Shown: positions 13,669-27,289, counted from the stretch's first letter. The stretch: DNA of 64,000 nt from Octopus vulgaris (GCA_951406725.2 OX597822.1:5456001-5520000); one strand, 5' to 3'. The notes: generated by a model from the letters alone, not told the origin. Program-made: numbers and translations.

Positions 13669-14794
13669 TAAGGTGTATTCCAGATGTTTTATGATTCTTT
13701 TCAGGAGAATATTTTTTTAATTTCAAAGAAGTGCAAGACAAATCACCTTTAAAATAACATTCTCTGACTTCAATGCACTTGTAGTACCACTTCATGAAGG
13801 TCCCATCAAAGTCCTCACAGCCTCCTCATCCCCTTTCTGTTTGGGGAACAATTAAAGGTCATAGCGAGCAAGGTCTGGACTGTAGAGACAGTAAAGGACA
13901 GTTCTAATACTCATCTCTGTCAAGGAGCTGGTTACCAGGATGGAATTGTTAACTGGTGCAGGTGCTCTGGTCCTTTCTTATGTTGTTGAAAATTGGATCA
14001 TCATGAGCTTCCTAGTGGACTTGTTTTATCTGGCCTCCAGAGCTAGCAAGAAAACAGAAGCTCAGCTCATACATGCTGATCCATAAGCAGTTTGGTAACA
14101 TTTTGCTCAGTTTAACACAAAATTTTCTTATATAGGTGCAGAAGTGGCTGTGTGGTAAGTAGCTTGTTTACCAACCACATGGTTCCAGGTTCAGTCCCAC
14201 TGCATGGCACCTTGGGCAAGTGTCTTCTACTATAGCCTTGGGCCGACCAAAGCCTTGTGAGTGGATTTCGTAGACGGAAACTGAAAGAAGCCCGTCGTAT
14301 ATATGTATATATATATATGCATGTGTGTGTTTGTGTGCCTGTGTTTGTCCCCCTAGCATTGCTTGACAACCGATGCTGGTGTGTTTATGTCCCCATTACT
14401 TAGCGGTTCGGCAAAAGAGACCGATAGAATAAGTACTGGGCTTACAAAAGAATAAGTCCCGGGGTCAAGTTGCTCGATTAAAGGCGGTGCTCCAGCATGG
14501 CCGCAGTCAAATGACTGAAACAAGTAAAAGAGTAAAAAAGAGAGTATATAGCGAACTTCCAAATTGTCTTCACATCCCAACTGTGTTCTGCAAACTTGTC
14601 AGTTGTGGCAAGCAATGTCTTTTAATCAGGCATGTTGAAAGTACTGTTACAGCTGTTTCCCTCAACCTGGAGTAACAAAAGTTGGCAGGTCAGCTTATTA
14701 GATGTACAGTAATCATATGGTTAACTTAAAATAATCTAGGAGAGTTATAACCGCCTCTCCTAAAATAGTCACAAAATTTCTGGAATGCACCTTA
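13669..14794 (-). mobile_element. Decayed mariner element with a nested SINE
   Basis: TAAGGTGTATTCCAGATGTTTTATGATTCTTTTCAGGAGA matches the reverse complement of TCTCCTAAAATAGTCACAAAATTTCTGGAATGCACCTTA; TA on both flanks; minus strand YSPDLARYDL*LFP and FMKWYYKCIEVRECYFKGD. Confidence 0.82.
14135..14545 (+). mobile_element. SINE-A: tRNA-derived, CORE-like SINE, young copy
   Basis: Head GGTGCAGAAGTGGCTGTGTGGTAAG...GGTTCAGTCCC (A/B-box-like), CCTTGGGCAAGT CORE-like block, internal (TA)n(TG)n, tail GACTGAAACAAGTAAAAGAG; near-identical to other copies in the window. Confidence 0.92.
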
Positions 14795-15286
14795 TATGTT
14801 TTCTAGGTCCAGGCTCCAAGTCATAAAAACAACAAAAGTCATAAGTATCATTATTAATAGTGATGAAAAATTAATTAAGAATAAAGAATTCTTATCAATT
14901 TCCTATATTATTGTCCTATAAAATATCTCGTCAGAAAAGTGTTGATGGTGCCATTAACATTAAAAGCAAATTTATAAGAGTAATCATCTAATTAAATATA
15001 TTAGCAAGCTAGAATAATGTGATACATCATCAATTGGTTATTCATGTCATATGATAATGATGATGATGATGATGAATATATATGTAAAATATTCATGCAC
15101 ATGTCACACACTAGGCAGAAAGATTTTGGTAAAAGTTTTTATTAAGTGGTGTTATTAGCCTGATATTCTCTGAACATCTGCCAACACCAAAAGAATTAAG
15201 CTAATAGGAATTATTGGTTAGTCAGAAGAATGAGAAACTACTGTAGCACAATTTAAAAAATACAAAATATTACCATATATATATAT

Positions 15287-15697
15287 AGGAGTGGCTGTGT
15301 GGTAAGTAGCTTGCTTACCAACCTCATGGTTCTGGGTTCAGTCCCACTGCGTGGCACCTTGGGCAAGTGTCTTCTACTATAGCCTAGGGCCGACCAAAGC
15401 CTTGTGAGTGGATTTGGTAGACGGAAACTGAAAGAAGCCCGTCGTATATATGTATATATATATATATATATATATGCGTGTGTGTGTTTGTGTGTCTGTG
15501 TTTGTCCCCCTAGCATTGTTTGATAACCGATGCTGGTGTGTTTATGTCCCCGTTACTTAGCGGTTCAGCAAAAGAGACCGATAGAATAAGTACTGGGCTT
15601 ACAAAGAATAAGTCCCGGGGTCGATTTGCTCGACTAAAGGCGGTGCTCCAGCATGGCCGCAGTCAAATGACTGAAACAAGTAAAAGAAGAAAAAAAA
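15287..15697 (+). mobile_element. SINE-A young copy
   Basis: Same sequence as 14135-14545. Confidence 0.92.
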
Positions 15698-15852
15698 ATA
15701 TATACCCGTCCAACCCATGCTAGCATGGAAAACGGACGTTAAACAATGATGATGATGATATATATGTATGTCTGTATGTATGGATATAATGGCCGATCTA
15801 TGGGATTACTCCACAGACCGGCCATAGTTATATCTAATTATTCTACTGCTCT

Positions 15853-15948
15853 ATAACTTAGAGTGTACTTCTCTTCTAGATTTATGATTTACTGATGATA
15901 TATCATTAGTAAATCATAAATCCGAAAGAGAAGCACATTGTAAATTAT
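15853..15948. repeat. 96-bp loop-less palindrome
   Basis: 48-nt arms centred on 15900/15901: 40 Watson-Crick pairs, 3 G-T, 5 mismatches (4 A-C, 1 G-G), counted by hand. Confidence 0.92.
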
Positions 15949-16096
15949 GTGTGCGTGTATACATACACACACACAATCACTGCCTCATCTTGTCAGAAGA
16001 TAATTATCTCACATTCAGCCTGATTGTCTTGATTCGCTTTTATCCCTGCATATACTTGAATACGACATTCAATATGACTGCCATGCAGCCATCTCT

Positions 16097-16472
16097 CTCT
16101 TTACTTGTTTCAGTCATTTGACTGTGGCCATGCTGGAGCACTGCCTCTAGTCGAGCAAATCGACCCTGGGACTTATTCTTTGTAAGCCCAGTACTTATTC
16201 TATTGGTCTCTTTTGCCGAACCGCTAAGTGACGGGGACGTAAACACACCAGCATCGGTTGTCAAGCAATGCTAGGGGGACAAACACATACATATATATAT
16301 ACATATATACGACAGGCTTCTTTCAGATTCCGTCTACCAAATCCACTCACAAGGCATTGGTTGGCCCGGGGCTATAGCAGAAGACACTTACCCAAGATGC
16401 CACGCAGTGGGACTGAACCTGGAACCATGTGGCTGGTTAGCAAGCTACTTACCATACAGCCACTCCTGCGCC
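16097..16472 (-). mobile_element. SINE-A young copy, inverted
   Basis: Reverse complement of SINE-A, ending CACTCCTGCGCC. Confidence 0.92.
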
Positions 16473-17449
16473 TAAAGAGCTCAATAAAATGCAAAACAGA
16501 TCAAGAAATAAAATGATATTGAGGTATCTGTACATCATTGGATTTAAGTGATAAAAGCTTGTACAACACTTTTGCCATGCTCTTGGTCACCATAGTTGGT
16601 CCTAGTGACAAGCATTGCAAGATGACTGGTACTATTTTGACTGCAAGTTTTATGTCAGAGTATCTTGCTCCTAGTAGAGCGACCTTCCCTATGGCTTTGT
16701 CAAAAATAACAGGAGCCTCCTCTACCCCTGGAAAATCTATTTAACTCACAGATAGGACTATGCCAGGCCAGAAGAGACCTAGGAGTAATCAGAGGACCAT
16801 TTCATGCTCCCTAGAACTCTTAAACTGAAGCCTCATCAGCAGGTGCAACTGAATGTCATAACCAGGACATATATACACATACATACATGCTCTTAGTTAT
16901 GTATTGAGTACTTTCCTTGCACAAATCTTCACCAATCTGCACACACACACAACATGCATAAATTAGCCAGTGCAATGAATTTAAAGTTGCTTTTCACATT
17001 TGTCGAGAAGGCATCAAAATGAAAAGTTGTGAATGACATGTATAACCACCTCTCTGTGTTTTGTAATTATAAGCAATTTCATCTAAATAATGAATTTTAC
17101 AATCATATTGAAAACCTAAGTGGGGGAAAAAAACACAATATTATTGAAATTATGTTAATTTTTTGAGATTTAATTATATCTAAGAAAACTATGTTTTTGT
17201 AAAGAAAGACTCATTATGGAGAAACAAAATGCCTTCTATCCATTCTTCTATTATGAATGATAATGAAAAATACATCCAAAAGCCTTAACTAAAAATTTAC
17301 TACAACAATAGAAACAAATATAAAATCATGGCAGAACATGGGTTTGGGACATTTCTCAATTACCCAATTTTTTTTTCCCCTCAGAGGAAAAAAAAGGAAA
17401 TTAAATCAATTATGCATTTCAAGGTATGAAATCATTAAATTATTACTTG

Positions 17450-18060
17450 ATGAACTGGCAGAAATAGGAAACCAATGAAAAAAAAAAAAAATGCTTTGCT
17501 GAAATTAGTATCACTTAACATTCTAAGTTCAAATCCTATCTTTCATCTATCCAGGGATTAATAAATTAAGTTCCTCTCTTCTTCCAAATGTGTGCTCTTG
17601 TGCTATACTAGAAAATATTAATATTAATACAGATGGATTAACAGAGTTATTAAGGAATAGATAAAATATTTTTCAGTATTTGTCCCTTTTCTTTATGTTC
17701 TGAGCTCAAATCTTGCTGGGGTCAACTTTACGTTCCATCCTTCCTGTGACAATAAAATAGTATTCAAGTACTGGACCATCTAGACTCCTTTCCTAAAATT
17801 TGTGGCCTTGTTTCATTTAGAAACATTATCATTATTATTAAGGTGGTGAGCTGGCAGAATCATTAGCATGCCAGGCAAAATGCTTAGCAATATTTCATTC
17901 GTCTTTATGTTCTGAGTTCAAATTCTGCCAAGGTCAACTTTGCCTTTCATCATTTTGGGGTTGATAAATTAAGTACCAGTAAAACACTGGGGTCAATGTA
18001 ATCGACTAGTCCCTTCCCACAAAATTTCAGTCCTTGTGTCTATAGTCAAAAGGATTATTA
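17450..18060 (+). mobile_element. Three head-to-tail SINE-B copies of differing divergence (others near 7417-7570, 62700-62920, 2820-2985 minus)
   Basis: Repeated GAGTTCAAAT / CTTTCATCC / AAGTAC blocks; the last copy (about 17840-18060) is best preserved and ends in (ATT)n. Confidence 0.75.
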
Positions 18061-18065
18061 TTACA

Positions 18066-18101
<36 letters not shown>

Positions 18102-21100
18102 AGCTAAGAATAATAGAAAGGTTATTGACAATAGAAGACCAAATTTTAAACACTGCATCACTATATTTGAGGCTTCATGTTTCAGACTTCCATTACTATC
18201 AGTATAAAATTATCTTCACCTTTCCAAGTAATAAGCTAGGTACTAATCACAAGTCTAATTGCATTGGGATAGAATTTAAACGAGCTGAGCACTTTGTATT
18301 ACTGATACTTATTTTATCAACCAATTTCTTCTACCATCTTACAAAGATCCACCTTTTCAAAATCCATCTCACCAATTTTAGCAGTGAAAGCTTCGAAAGC
18401 TTTTGTTATTTAAATTAGATATAAACAAATTTCAGAGTTATATTCTACTTTCACTCCAGTAAAGCCATCAACAAAGTTGGCCGCATCGTTCTGTGGAAAA
18501 AACAAAAGACTATCCAGCATTGAAATCTAAGTAAATCTACAGAACTGGTTTGTTTTTTGGTAAGCAAAACCCAACAGAACCAACAAGAAACCCACATCAA
18601 CAACAATGTCTATATAGCATTCTGAATAAGTATCTGGATCCTCAGAACTTTCTGGACAAGAGATTTATTCTATTATACTCCCTTACTCTATTTTTGCACA
18701 TCTCTATCTTGAATGATGTTTCTTGCTTTGATTTCCCCATACTGTAAAATGAAATATGAGAATTAGGGACCATCAGAGAGCATTTATAAAAAAAAAAGAA
18801 ATAAATGCCATGAGATATTCTGATTACTGGTATAATTCCAAAACACTCAGGCTTCAATGTTATACAATGTTATTGTGAATACTACATTATACATACAGTG
18901 ACATAATCAGGGCCAATATTAACCAAAACCTAAGTTAAGTAAGTTTTCTAAGTTAATAAGCAATTTTCTGTATTCAAAAATAATTTGTACTCCCCTTCCC
19001 ACCTCCTCTCTGGCCCTAATCTTAAAAAGCAAAATGGTTTTAGACTTCATTTTCAACAGTTCACTAAAAGTATAGTTACTTCATTATGCTGCTATTCTAA
19101 ATGTTCTCTCTTAATAGAAATGTGTATTCTTAGAACAATTTCTCCAGGAATTTTTTTTTTTTTTTGGCGATTTGTATTCAGTAATCTTCTGAGAGTGTAA
19201 TCAACTTATAAATTTATTTTATCTCATTGTGGCGTAACTTTTTGGTATGTTTCTAAGAAAATATATCTTTATCCCATTCACATTCAAAGAATTATAGCTA
19301 TTTAACTCACTCTCTCTCTCCTATAGGAATCCAGCCCTCCTAGATAAATCATTTCTGATAAAGAATGTGCTTACCCTGCCTTTAAAGAAAAGACAGGAAT
19401 CTATAGTTATCAACAATGAATGGAAGTCCTCAAAATGGTTTTCAATCATTGCAAGCTCATAACTCAATAGTATTATTTCTTATAACTTTAGTATTCATCT
19501 ATTTTTTAAACAAGATTTTCCTCCATCAAATTTAAGAAATGAAATTTTCCCCTCCTATTGCACCACATAACAAGATCTAAGAATGTAATTGAACTCCCTA
19601 AAGCTAGATTGCAGAATCAAGGAGTTTTGACAATGTCCAAAGAAATAATAAATTTGATAGATTCAATTTCTCCACCACAACTTACATGTGCAAGCACTAT
19701 TCCTCAAAGTTATCAATTTATTTTCATCTAGATATAAAAGAAAAGCAAATTTGTATATCAAATGTACTTTAGAAATTTCTAAGTTTCCATACTATCCGCA
19801 AAAAAAATTCTTTAGATTTGGCAACTAGCTATTAAGATAGGTTATGCAATTTCAGTTTAGGATATATTTCACCTTCACATAAGTTTGTGACTTACTAGAA
19901 GCAATCAATACTACAACTTCAATTTTATTTCTCATGTATTGCCAGCATCTCACCTGCTTAGTTTTATAAAATTTACAGCTATACATGGTAGGAAAATGTT
20001 CTTAATAACAAAGATTTGCAAACTACACTGCAGAGCAAAGACAGTCATGTTATTTTGGTTGAAATTCTGTCATAGTAATTGTGTTGAAGGAATTGTTCTC
20101 AAGACTATTGCAAACACCTAAACGGCATCTATTGGTAAAAATGACAAGTGACAGGAAATGTTTTTCCAAGAACTGAGAAGGGGATGTACAATGTATAGCT
20201 GTTTACATAACTTCAGACAGACAAGATCACAATGACTACTAAACAAAAATTCTACAAAAGTGAAAATTTAATATAAAAACAGATTTCAGATAGAGCAAGT
20301 TGTACTTGAAATCAAAACAGAAATATTAAATTCTCCAACCAGTTATTATTGTATGGACAACATATCTTTTATCTTTTATTTGTTTCAGACATTGGTCAGT
20401 GATCATGCTGGAGCACCACTTTGAAGGGTTTTATCGAACAAATCGATCCCAGTACGCTTTTTTTCTTTAAGCCTGGTACTTATTCTATCAGTCTCTTTTG
20501 CATAACCACTAACTTATGGGGGCTTAAACAAACCAATACTAGTTGCCAAGCAGTGGTAGTGAATGAACCCATACACAAAGACACACACATATACAACATG
20601 TTTCTTTTAGTTTCCATCAACTAAATCCACTCACGAGATTTTAGTTGGTCCAGGGCTATAGCAAAAGATTCCTATCAGCTTCTATGAAAAAAAAAACATT
20701 CCAAGGTGCAAATTCAGTGGGACTTAATCAGAACCAAGGGGCTGGGAAGAAAGCTTCTTAACACACAGCAAAATTGCTAACAAGATGCCATAAATATATA
20801 GGAAAAAATAAGTTCAAAAACAACAATTCAAACTTTTTGAGAGGTCCAAAAATAGAGAAAGAATGCCCCAGCATGGCCGCGGCCTTTGGGCTAAAACATT
20901 TTAAAGGATTTAAGGATATTCATAAAAAAACAGCCAGAGCAAGTAGTAAGAATATGAAAATAGTAGTTGAAAAATATCGTTATAGGTATAAATATACTAT
21001 AAACAATTATAGAAAAATGGAAGAGAAAAAGACGTTGCATCAAAATTAGATTTAATACGAAATAGGATTCAATACATACGCACGTTTCAAAGGACAATAC

Positions 21101-23258
21101 AAATATGTAAGAAAAAATTATAATCATAGTAATTATAATTAAATTTATGCATTGTCATTCTCATCAGTGTGAAGAATTTTTGGAAGGACATCAAAACAGG
21201 TTTAATAAAGTAAAATAAATTAAAATAAGATACAATAAGGGAGAATACAAAAGGGGTAATAGAGAAAAATCAGATATTTACAAGCAAGTTTTAAAAGGGT
21301 AAAAATAACTGTAATAATAATAGTGAGAGAGACGAAAGAGAAAAAAAGATAGAAATATCAATGTGTATGCACGTCTATATATGCAGTAAACTATAACATA
21401 AAAATGCGAATAAAAATCTAATGGATATGTTTTTAAAAAGTGGTAACAGGTCAAGACGAAATATAATGCAAACAGGGCCATGTGTAATGTAACAGGTGCA
21501 CTAGTAGAAAAAAACCATAGAGTTATATATATTAATATTGAAAAATGAAAATATGTATATATAACACAGGGCTAAAAGTGATAGGCAAGACTGTGTTTGG
21601 AAAAGTTACAATATTCAAGTAAAAATGTACATACAAGGAGAGAAATGACTAAAGAGGACTTAACAAGGAAAAAACATCGATCACAGACAAGACCGGCTGG
21701 TGTATTCGAGAGAGTTACCTTACTCAAAACCTAGCCCAGGGTCGGGGAGACAATCAGAAAAAAAGTAGGAACAAAAACGAATATATGAAGGAGAAAATTA
21801 TTATAAATTTTCAAGTGACTAAAGGCGGTGCTCCAGCATGGCCGCAGTCAAATGACTGAAACAAGTAAAAGAGTAAAGAGTAAAGAGTATAAAAAAAACG
21901 TATACACTTAACACATAAGGATATACAGTCATAGACATACACATACATACACAACATACACATACACACACACACACAAAAACGTGCATACACTCATACA
22001 TACACATACAGGAATGCAAGTGTAAGGGAAGATACAAGTAAAGAAGTATGTATTCACATAAGTATACATATATATACACACAAACATACACACACACATA
22101 TATATAGTAAATCCCCCAAAAGAAGAACAACAAACACAACGCAAGGACGTGGTACATGTAAAGTATTAGCAGATGCTCAGGGAAGGGAGAAAAGATGGTT
22201 TAACATTTCGAGCAATGCCCTTCTTCGGAAACAGAGGAAAGTCCAATAGAAAAGAAGACAGAGCAAGAAAATCACCAACAATTCACATGTGGTTACATTT
22301 TGTGATTACACACACATGCGTACACACACACACACACACACACATATTCTAAGGTTAATACTAAATCCTTTCTCTCACATTTCTCCATCTCCATTAGTGT
22401 AATAATTTCTTGCGTAAATGTGACCACTAAAGAAAAAAAATCATGCAGAGATATTAATTACAGGTATGTAAAGTATAAGATATACATATTAGCCCTTCCA
22501 TCATAGTCTTAAGCATTCAACCTGTAAAGAATTCCCCAGACCTAACCAGTGTTATGAAAACATCCAGTTCTAAGTTGATATAATGTGATTACAATAGGTC
22601 ATGCAGAATTTAAGAATTCATAACAGGTCACTCTAACAAGTTCTAATTTACAAAGGGTACTTGAAATGTCTATGTTACCAGATACCTTTATTAATTCCAA
22701 AACTATAAGGCCATCAGTGAATTCTGTGGATAGGGGAGGGTCTAGATAGTTGAAGAATATTGGATAGAATAACATGAATAGCCTAAATGGTGTATCACAC
22801 AGATACGTCTGTGCTGATGCACTCTAGCAACTTAGTTAATACACTGTAAAATGTATTCTATTTTTCCTTTTGCTTTAGGCATAAATTGTCATGAATATCA
22901 TTAGCAGATAGAATAGTCTACAATTTTAATTTCGATCAAGAGAATGAAATCTTACTCAACATTTAAGGAATAAAAACAAAGAAAAATGAAATCTAACAGT
23001 CCACAGAGGTAAATAGCTACAACAGACTTGTAACATATTCAACATGTTATGAAATATATATAAATAACTGACATAGGCAGAATCATTATTAATACCAAAA
23101 GGTAATCGTTATGTCCTATTTAACGTGGACGTTGTATTAAAACACAATTCTGTGTAATTTAACCCAAGAGAACCTTTCATATGGAATCATGGTGTATAAA
23201 AGCACTTGTATTTAGATGGTTGACAAACAAGAATTGTCTACTACAGCTGCTGGAACTG

Positions 23259-23383
23259 CTACATCATAATTTCATCCTGCCTGTGGCTCCTCAGTGGCAG
23301 ATGTCCAGTAGTGACATAACAGTCAACTCTCCCTGTCAATGACACACAGACAGGTTGTCCTCTATTTTCAAACTGAATGTGTT
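23259..23383 (-). other. Candidate terminal coding exon of an unidentified minus-strand gene
   Basis: Acceptor ttttcatacttattttttacag followed by a GC-richer 40-codon phase-1 frame HIQFENRGQPVCVSLTGRVDCYVTTGHLPLRSHRQDEIMM*; no homology recognised. Confidence 0.25.
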
Positions 23384-26300
23384 CTGTAAAAAATAAGTAT
23401 GAAAATTGAATTTTTAAATCTTGAATCACGTATTAATTAGAAACTTATATTCCTATATAAGTTACTAGATTTCTTTGGGGTATTATGACACTCTGAACAT
23501 CCACAGAAATATGCTTATACCTACAGGTATCTCAAGAGCATTGCTTTGCCCCAGGTAAAGTCATGCATTGTGCTCTATAGTATTTATTGACAGCAACAAC
23601 ATACATAGATTAGCAGTGGGTCCCAAGACCTGTGTGGGCCCAAAGTAACAGCCCAGTGTTTCTACTTGTTAATTTAAGACACAGGTGTGACTGTGTGGTA
23701 AGAAATTTGCTTCCAAATCACATGAGTTTAAGCTCAGCCCTACAGTGTGGTATCTGGGCAAGTGTTTTCTATTACAGCCCCAAGTTGACTAATATCTTGT
23801 GTACAGATACGGTAGATGGAAACTGAAAAAAGCCTATCATGTGTGTGTGTGTGTTTGTAAGAGAGAGAGTGTATGTGTGTGTGTGTTTGTAAGAGAGAGA
23901 GAGAGAGTGTGTGTGTATGTAGGTGAAAGAGAAAGAGAGTGGGTGTGTGTGTGTGAGAGAGCATGTGAAAACTAAAATGTGTGTGTGTTGTGAAGGTGTG
24001 TGTCAATGTCTTGACAACATGCAATACTTGTAAATGAGCATCACAGTTATACAAGCGGTGTCCTTCATTTCTAATCTTCTATGTAAACATTACCTTGCTT
24101 GAAAACAGTTGACGAGAGGAAGTCCACAGAAAATAACTCTCAATGAATTCTGCCTAACCTACGTAAGCACAGAAAATTGGAATTACAATAACTATGACGA
24201 TGATATCTCAATTTACCAGTTTAACAGCCAGTGCTTTCTGTCAAACAAATGAACACCCATCATTCAAAATTAGTAGTTTTTAATCTGTATAGTAGGACAC
24301 CTTTTCAGAATTTGTTAGCTAACAAGAATGTAGTAAATGTCAAGGGTTGGGAGTGGCATGTTGCCTGCTTAGAGGCGGTGGCCATGATTTTCTAAAAAAT
24401 AAAATATTTAAACCAGTTAAAATATTTATATCTTTAAACACAAATCATTGTCAAGATTAGAATATGAGGAGGACACAATTTTATCAATGAAGAGAAATTT
24501 GCTTCAGTTTGATCAAAATAATGCTATGGTTTTGTTTTTTTTTTGCTTCTTTTTTTTTGGTGGGGGCGGAGGTCCAAACCAATGGGCAGGAGCATTTGTA
24601 AAATGTTCTTTGGTGAAATGAAGCACACGGATTGAGAACCATTTTTAGGAGAATAGTCCACAACTAAGTCCTATACGCTTCAATGCAAAAACACAAAAAA
24701 TCCATTCCAAGTCAATGTTGTCAAAAGTGGAACAGTATCTTTCCATATGAGTTTGATTACGAGGATGACTGGTCTCTTATGTAACCCAAGCAAAAGCATT
24801 AACCACTAGAAACCATAAGACATGGGAAACAAGAATGTAATGACTTCAATATCAATTAGTACAAAGTTTGCTGGAGTTTAATTAAAAATAAATTCAAAAC
24901 TGACTTATTTCAACTACTACTAAAAAGATTATAAAACTTTCAGCTCCAAGCAGCTGTCCAATTGTGAAGCGAAACTAAGCTGGTGCCAACTGACTAAATC
25001 TAAAAATAGGTCTTTCTCTCTCTCTTCTTCCACAAGTCTAAATACAGAAAATGAAGTAAAGTCAAGTAAGAAAAAGGAAAAGAAATAAATCGTCTTAAGT
25101 TACCTTACCTTTCTTATTTGATTATATTTACATTCTACATAAATAGTTTGGTTGTATCCAAGACTTTTGCGATTTGTCAGTGGTTACATAAGAATTATAT
25201 CAGAATTAGTATTCTTCTGATATCTTGAACACATGTAGAATTGGCCAACTATTTCAGTCAATCAAGATAAAGACTATGTGTGCATGCATTATATATACAC
25301 ACCCATACACACATATATGTTTTGCCTATTTCTGACTATTCTTAGAAGAAATAAAATGATAGAAAGGAAAAGGAAAAAAAGTCAATTTTAAACAGTCTTT
25401 AGTCTTATCTGAAACAGACAGTGATTAATTTGAACATTTTGTGAATTTATAGCTTAGATCTATTAACTTAGAAATTACAATGTCTCAAAAACAGGCCATA
25501 TTATCATCTCAGAAGTTTTATAAAGAAATCTCGATAGTCAAAATAATCTCATAAATCTCAATGCATGTCTATACAAGCTGGCAACATTATTAACGCATCT
25601 AGTTTAGCTTTGGTTACTTTTGTGCTGGCACACATGAAAAAGGCATTCATAAATTTCTTCAAACCACTACGTTGTTTGCACAGATTCCAACTAAAGCAAC
25701 AGTGTATGTAATGATTTACTTTCAAATGTCAGTCGTCTCAGGAGAAGAAAAAAAAAAGAAAGAATAAGGACAGACAAAATCGAAATTAGTTAAGAAACTG
25801 AAGGAAAATGAGAAGTTCTTATCACAGCTAAATATACAGACATCTACTTAATATAAATATATATATATACCTTGATAACACAAGAAACTAAAAATATCAA
25901 GAAGCCAAAAAAAAAAGTAAAAATGGGGGAAAAAATCATTATACAAATATTCCTTCAATATCATCAAAAGACATTGATCTCAATAATAATAATTCAATAC
26001 TTGGGTAAATTTATTTGTCTAACAAAATGATGTTTCAATTTATAGAATGTTAAGTTACCATTTTTTTAATATAACAATACACTGTACGCAATTAAAAATT
26101 CACTAAAGCTTTAACACTGACGAACAAAGAACATTTTAAGACCAGTTGTAGCAGGTGTTGATTAATTAAGATTTTATTCTTTGATTTTTATTGCTTTCAC
26201 GTGTTTCGTTAGTAAAAAGCTAAATTCAATTTTTGCTTCCACACATAAATACAAAAAGCCACAGCAGTCTGATATTTCAAAAGGTAGTAGACATTGAGTA

Positions 26301-27289
26301 ATTAATCAGAGCCAAGATTATTGCCCCCCTAACAATACACACTTACTAGTCACTACTTCTAAATTATAGTTCTGATTGTACTTCAATATCCCTTCATATT
26401 ATCTCTTATTAATGCTTAAGAGATAAATCAAAACTACAGAACAGATGGGGTAACTTAAAATGTGGAGGTGACATGCTCACTTCAACTTGACACTAATAAT
26501 GTGAAAGGCTTGCATCTTACTTCATCAAATCATGAGGCTTGAGAGAGAGAGAGAGAGAGAGAGCGACTGAGAGAGAGAGAGAGAAAGAGATCAAGCATCA
26601 ATCTACATCTACTCAACCTATGACAGCTTAGGGTCTTCTGAAGAATCATATTTTAAATGACTGTGCAGCCTTTAACACTTAAAGTCTTGTGGTATTTTCT
26701 CAATATAAATCACTTAATGATATTTTCAATGAAATGCAGGGGTGTGTGATAAGAGATTTGCTTCTGAACCACATAGTTGAGGGTTCAGTCCCACTGCATG
26801 GCACTTTGGGCAAGTGTTTTCTACTATATTTCTGGGTCGACCAAAACCTTGTGAGTGGATTTGGTAGATGGAAACTAAAAGAAGCCTGTTGTGTATGTGT
26901 GTATCTTTTTATTTGCGTTTATCCCCCATCGTTGCTTGACAACTAGTATTGGCATGTTTACATCTGCACAATTTAACAGTTCAGCAAAAGAGGATAATAT
27001 AATAAGGACCAGGCTTTAAAATATAAGTACTGGGTTGATTGGTTGATTTGTGGTGGTGCCCCAGTGTGGCCACATTCCAATGACAGGAACATGTAAAAGA
27101 AACAAAAGAAAAAATGCAAAAGTAAATATCACACAATGTTTTACTCAGATATAACAATTGCATGAATTTACATGAAATTTGCTGATATGATATAATGATT
27201 GTTGGTGTACATTTATAATGTGGTTTTTATCTATTATTGTGATCACTTAACTTTTATCTATTATTGTCATGTCACTTTCACCTGCCTAG

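Noticed and set aside
16500-16870. ORFs on both strands and a CTGATGA motif near 16833
   Set aside because: Resembles a decayed RTE-associated repeat; no stem II-GAAA follows, so not a hammerhead, and no protein similarity was recognised.
21020-21800. Unusual purine-rich segment
   Set aside because: Probably the 3' UTR of a LINE on the minus strand, but there is no second copy or coding motif in the window to support a call.
24271-24643. hAT-like MITE (ends resembling CAGTGGTTCTCAA)
   Set aside because: Termini too degenerate and no 8-bp TSD found.
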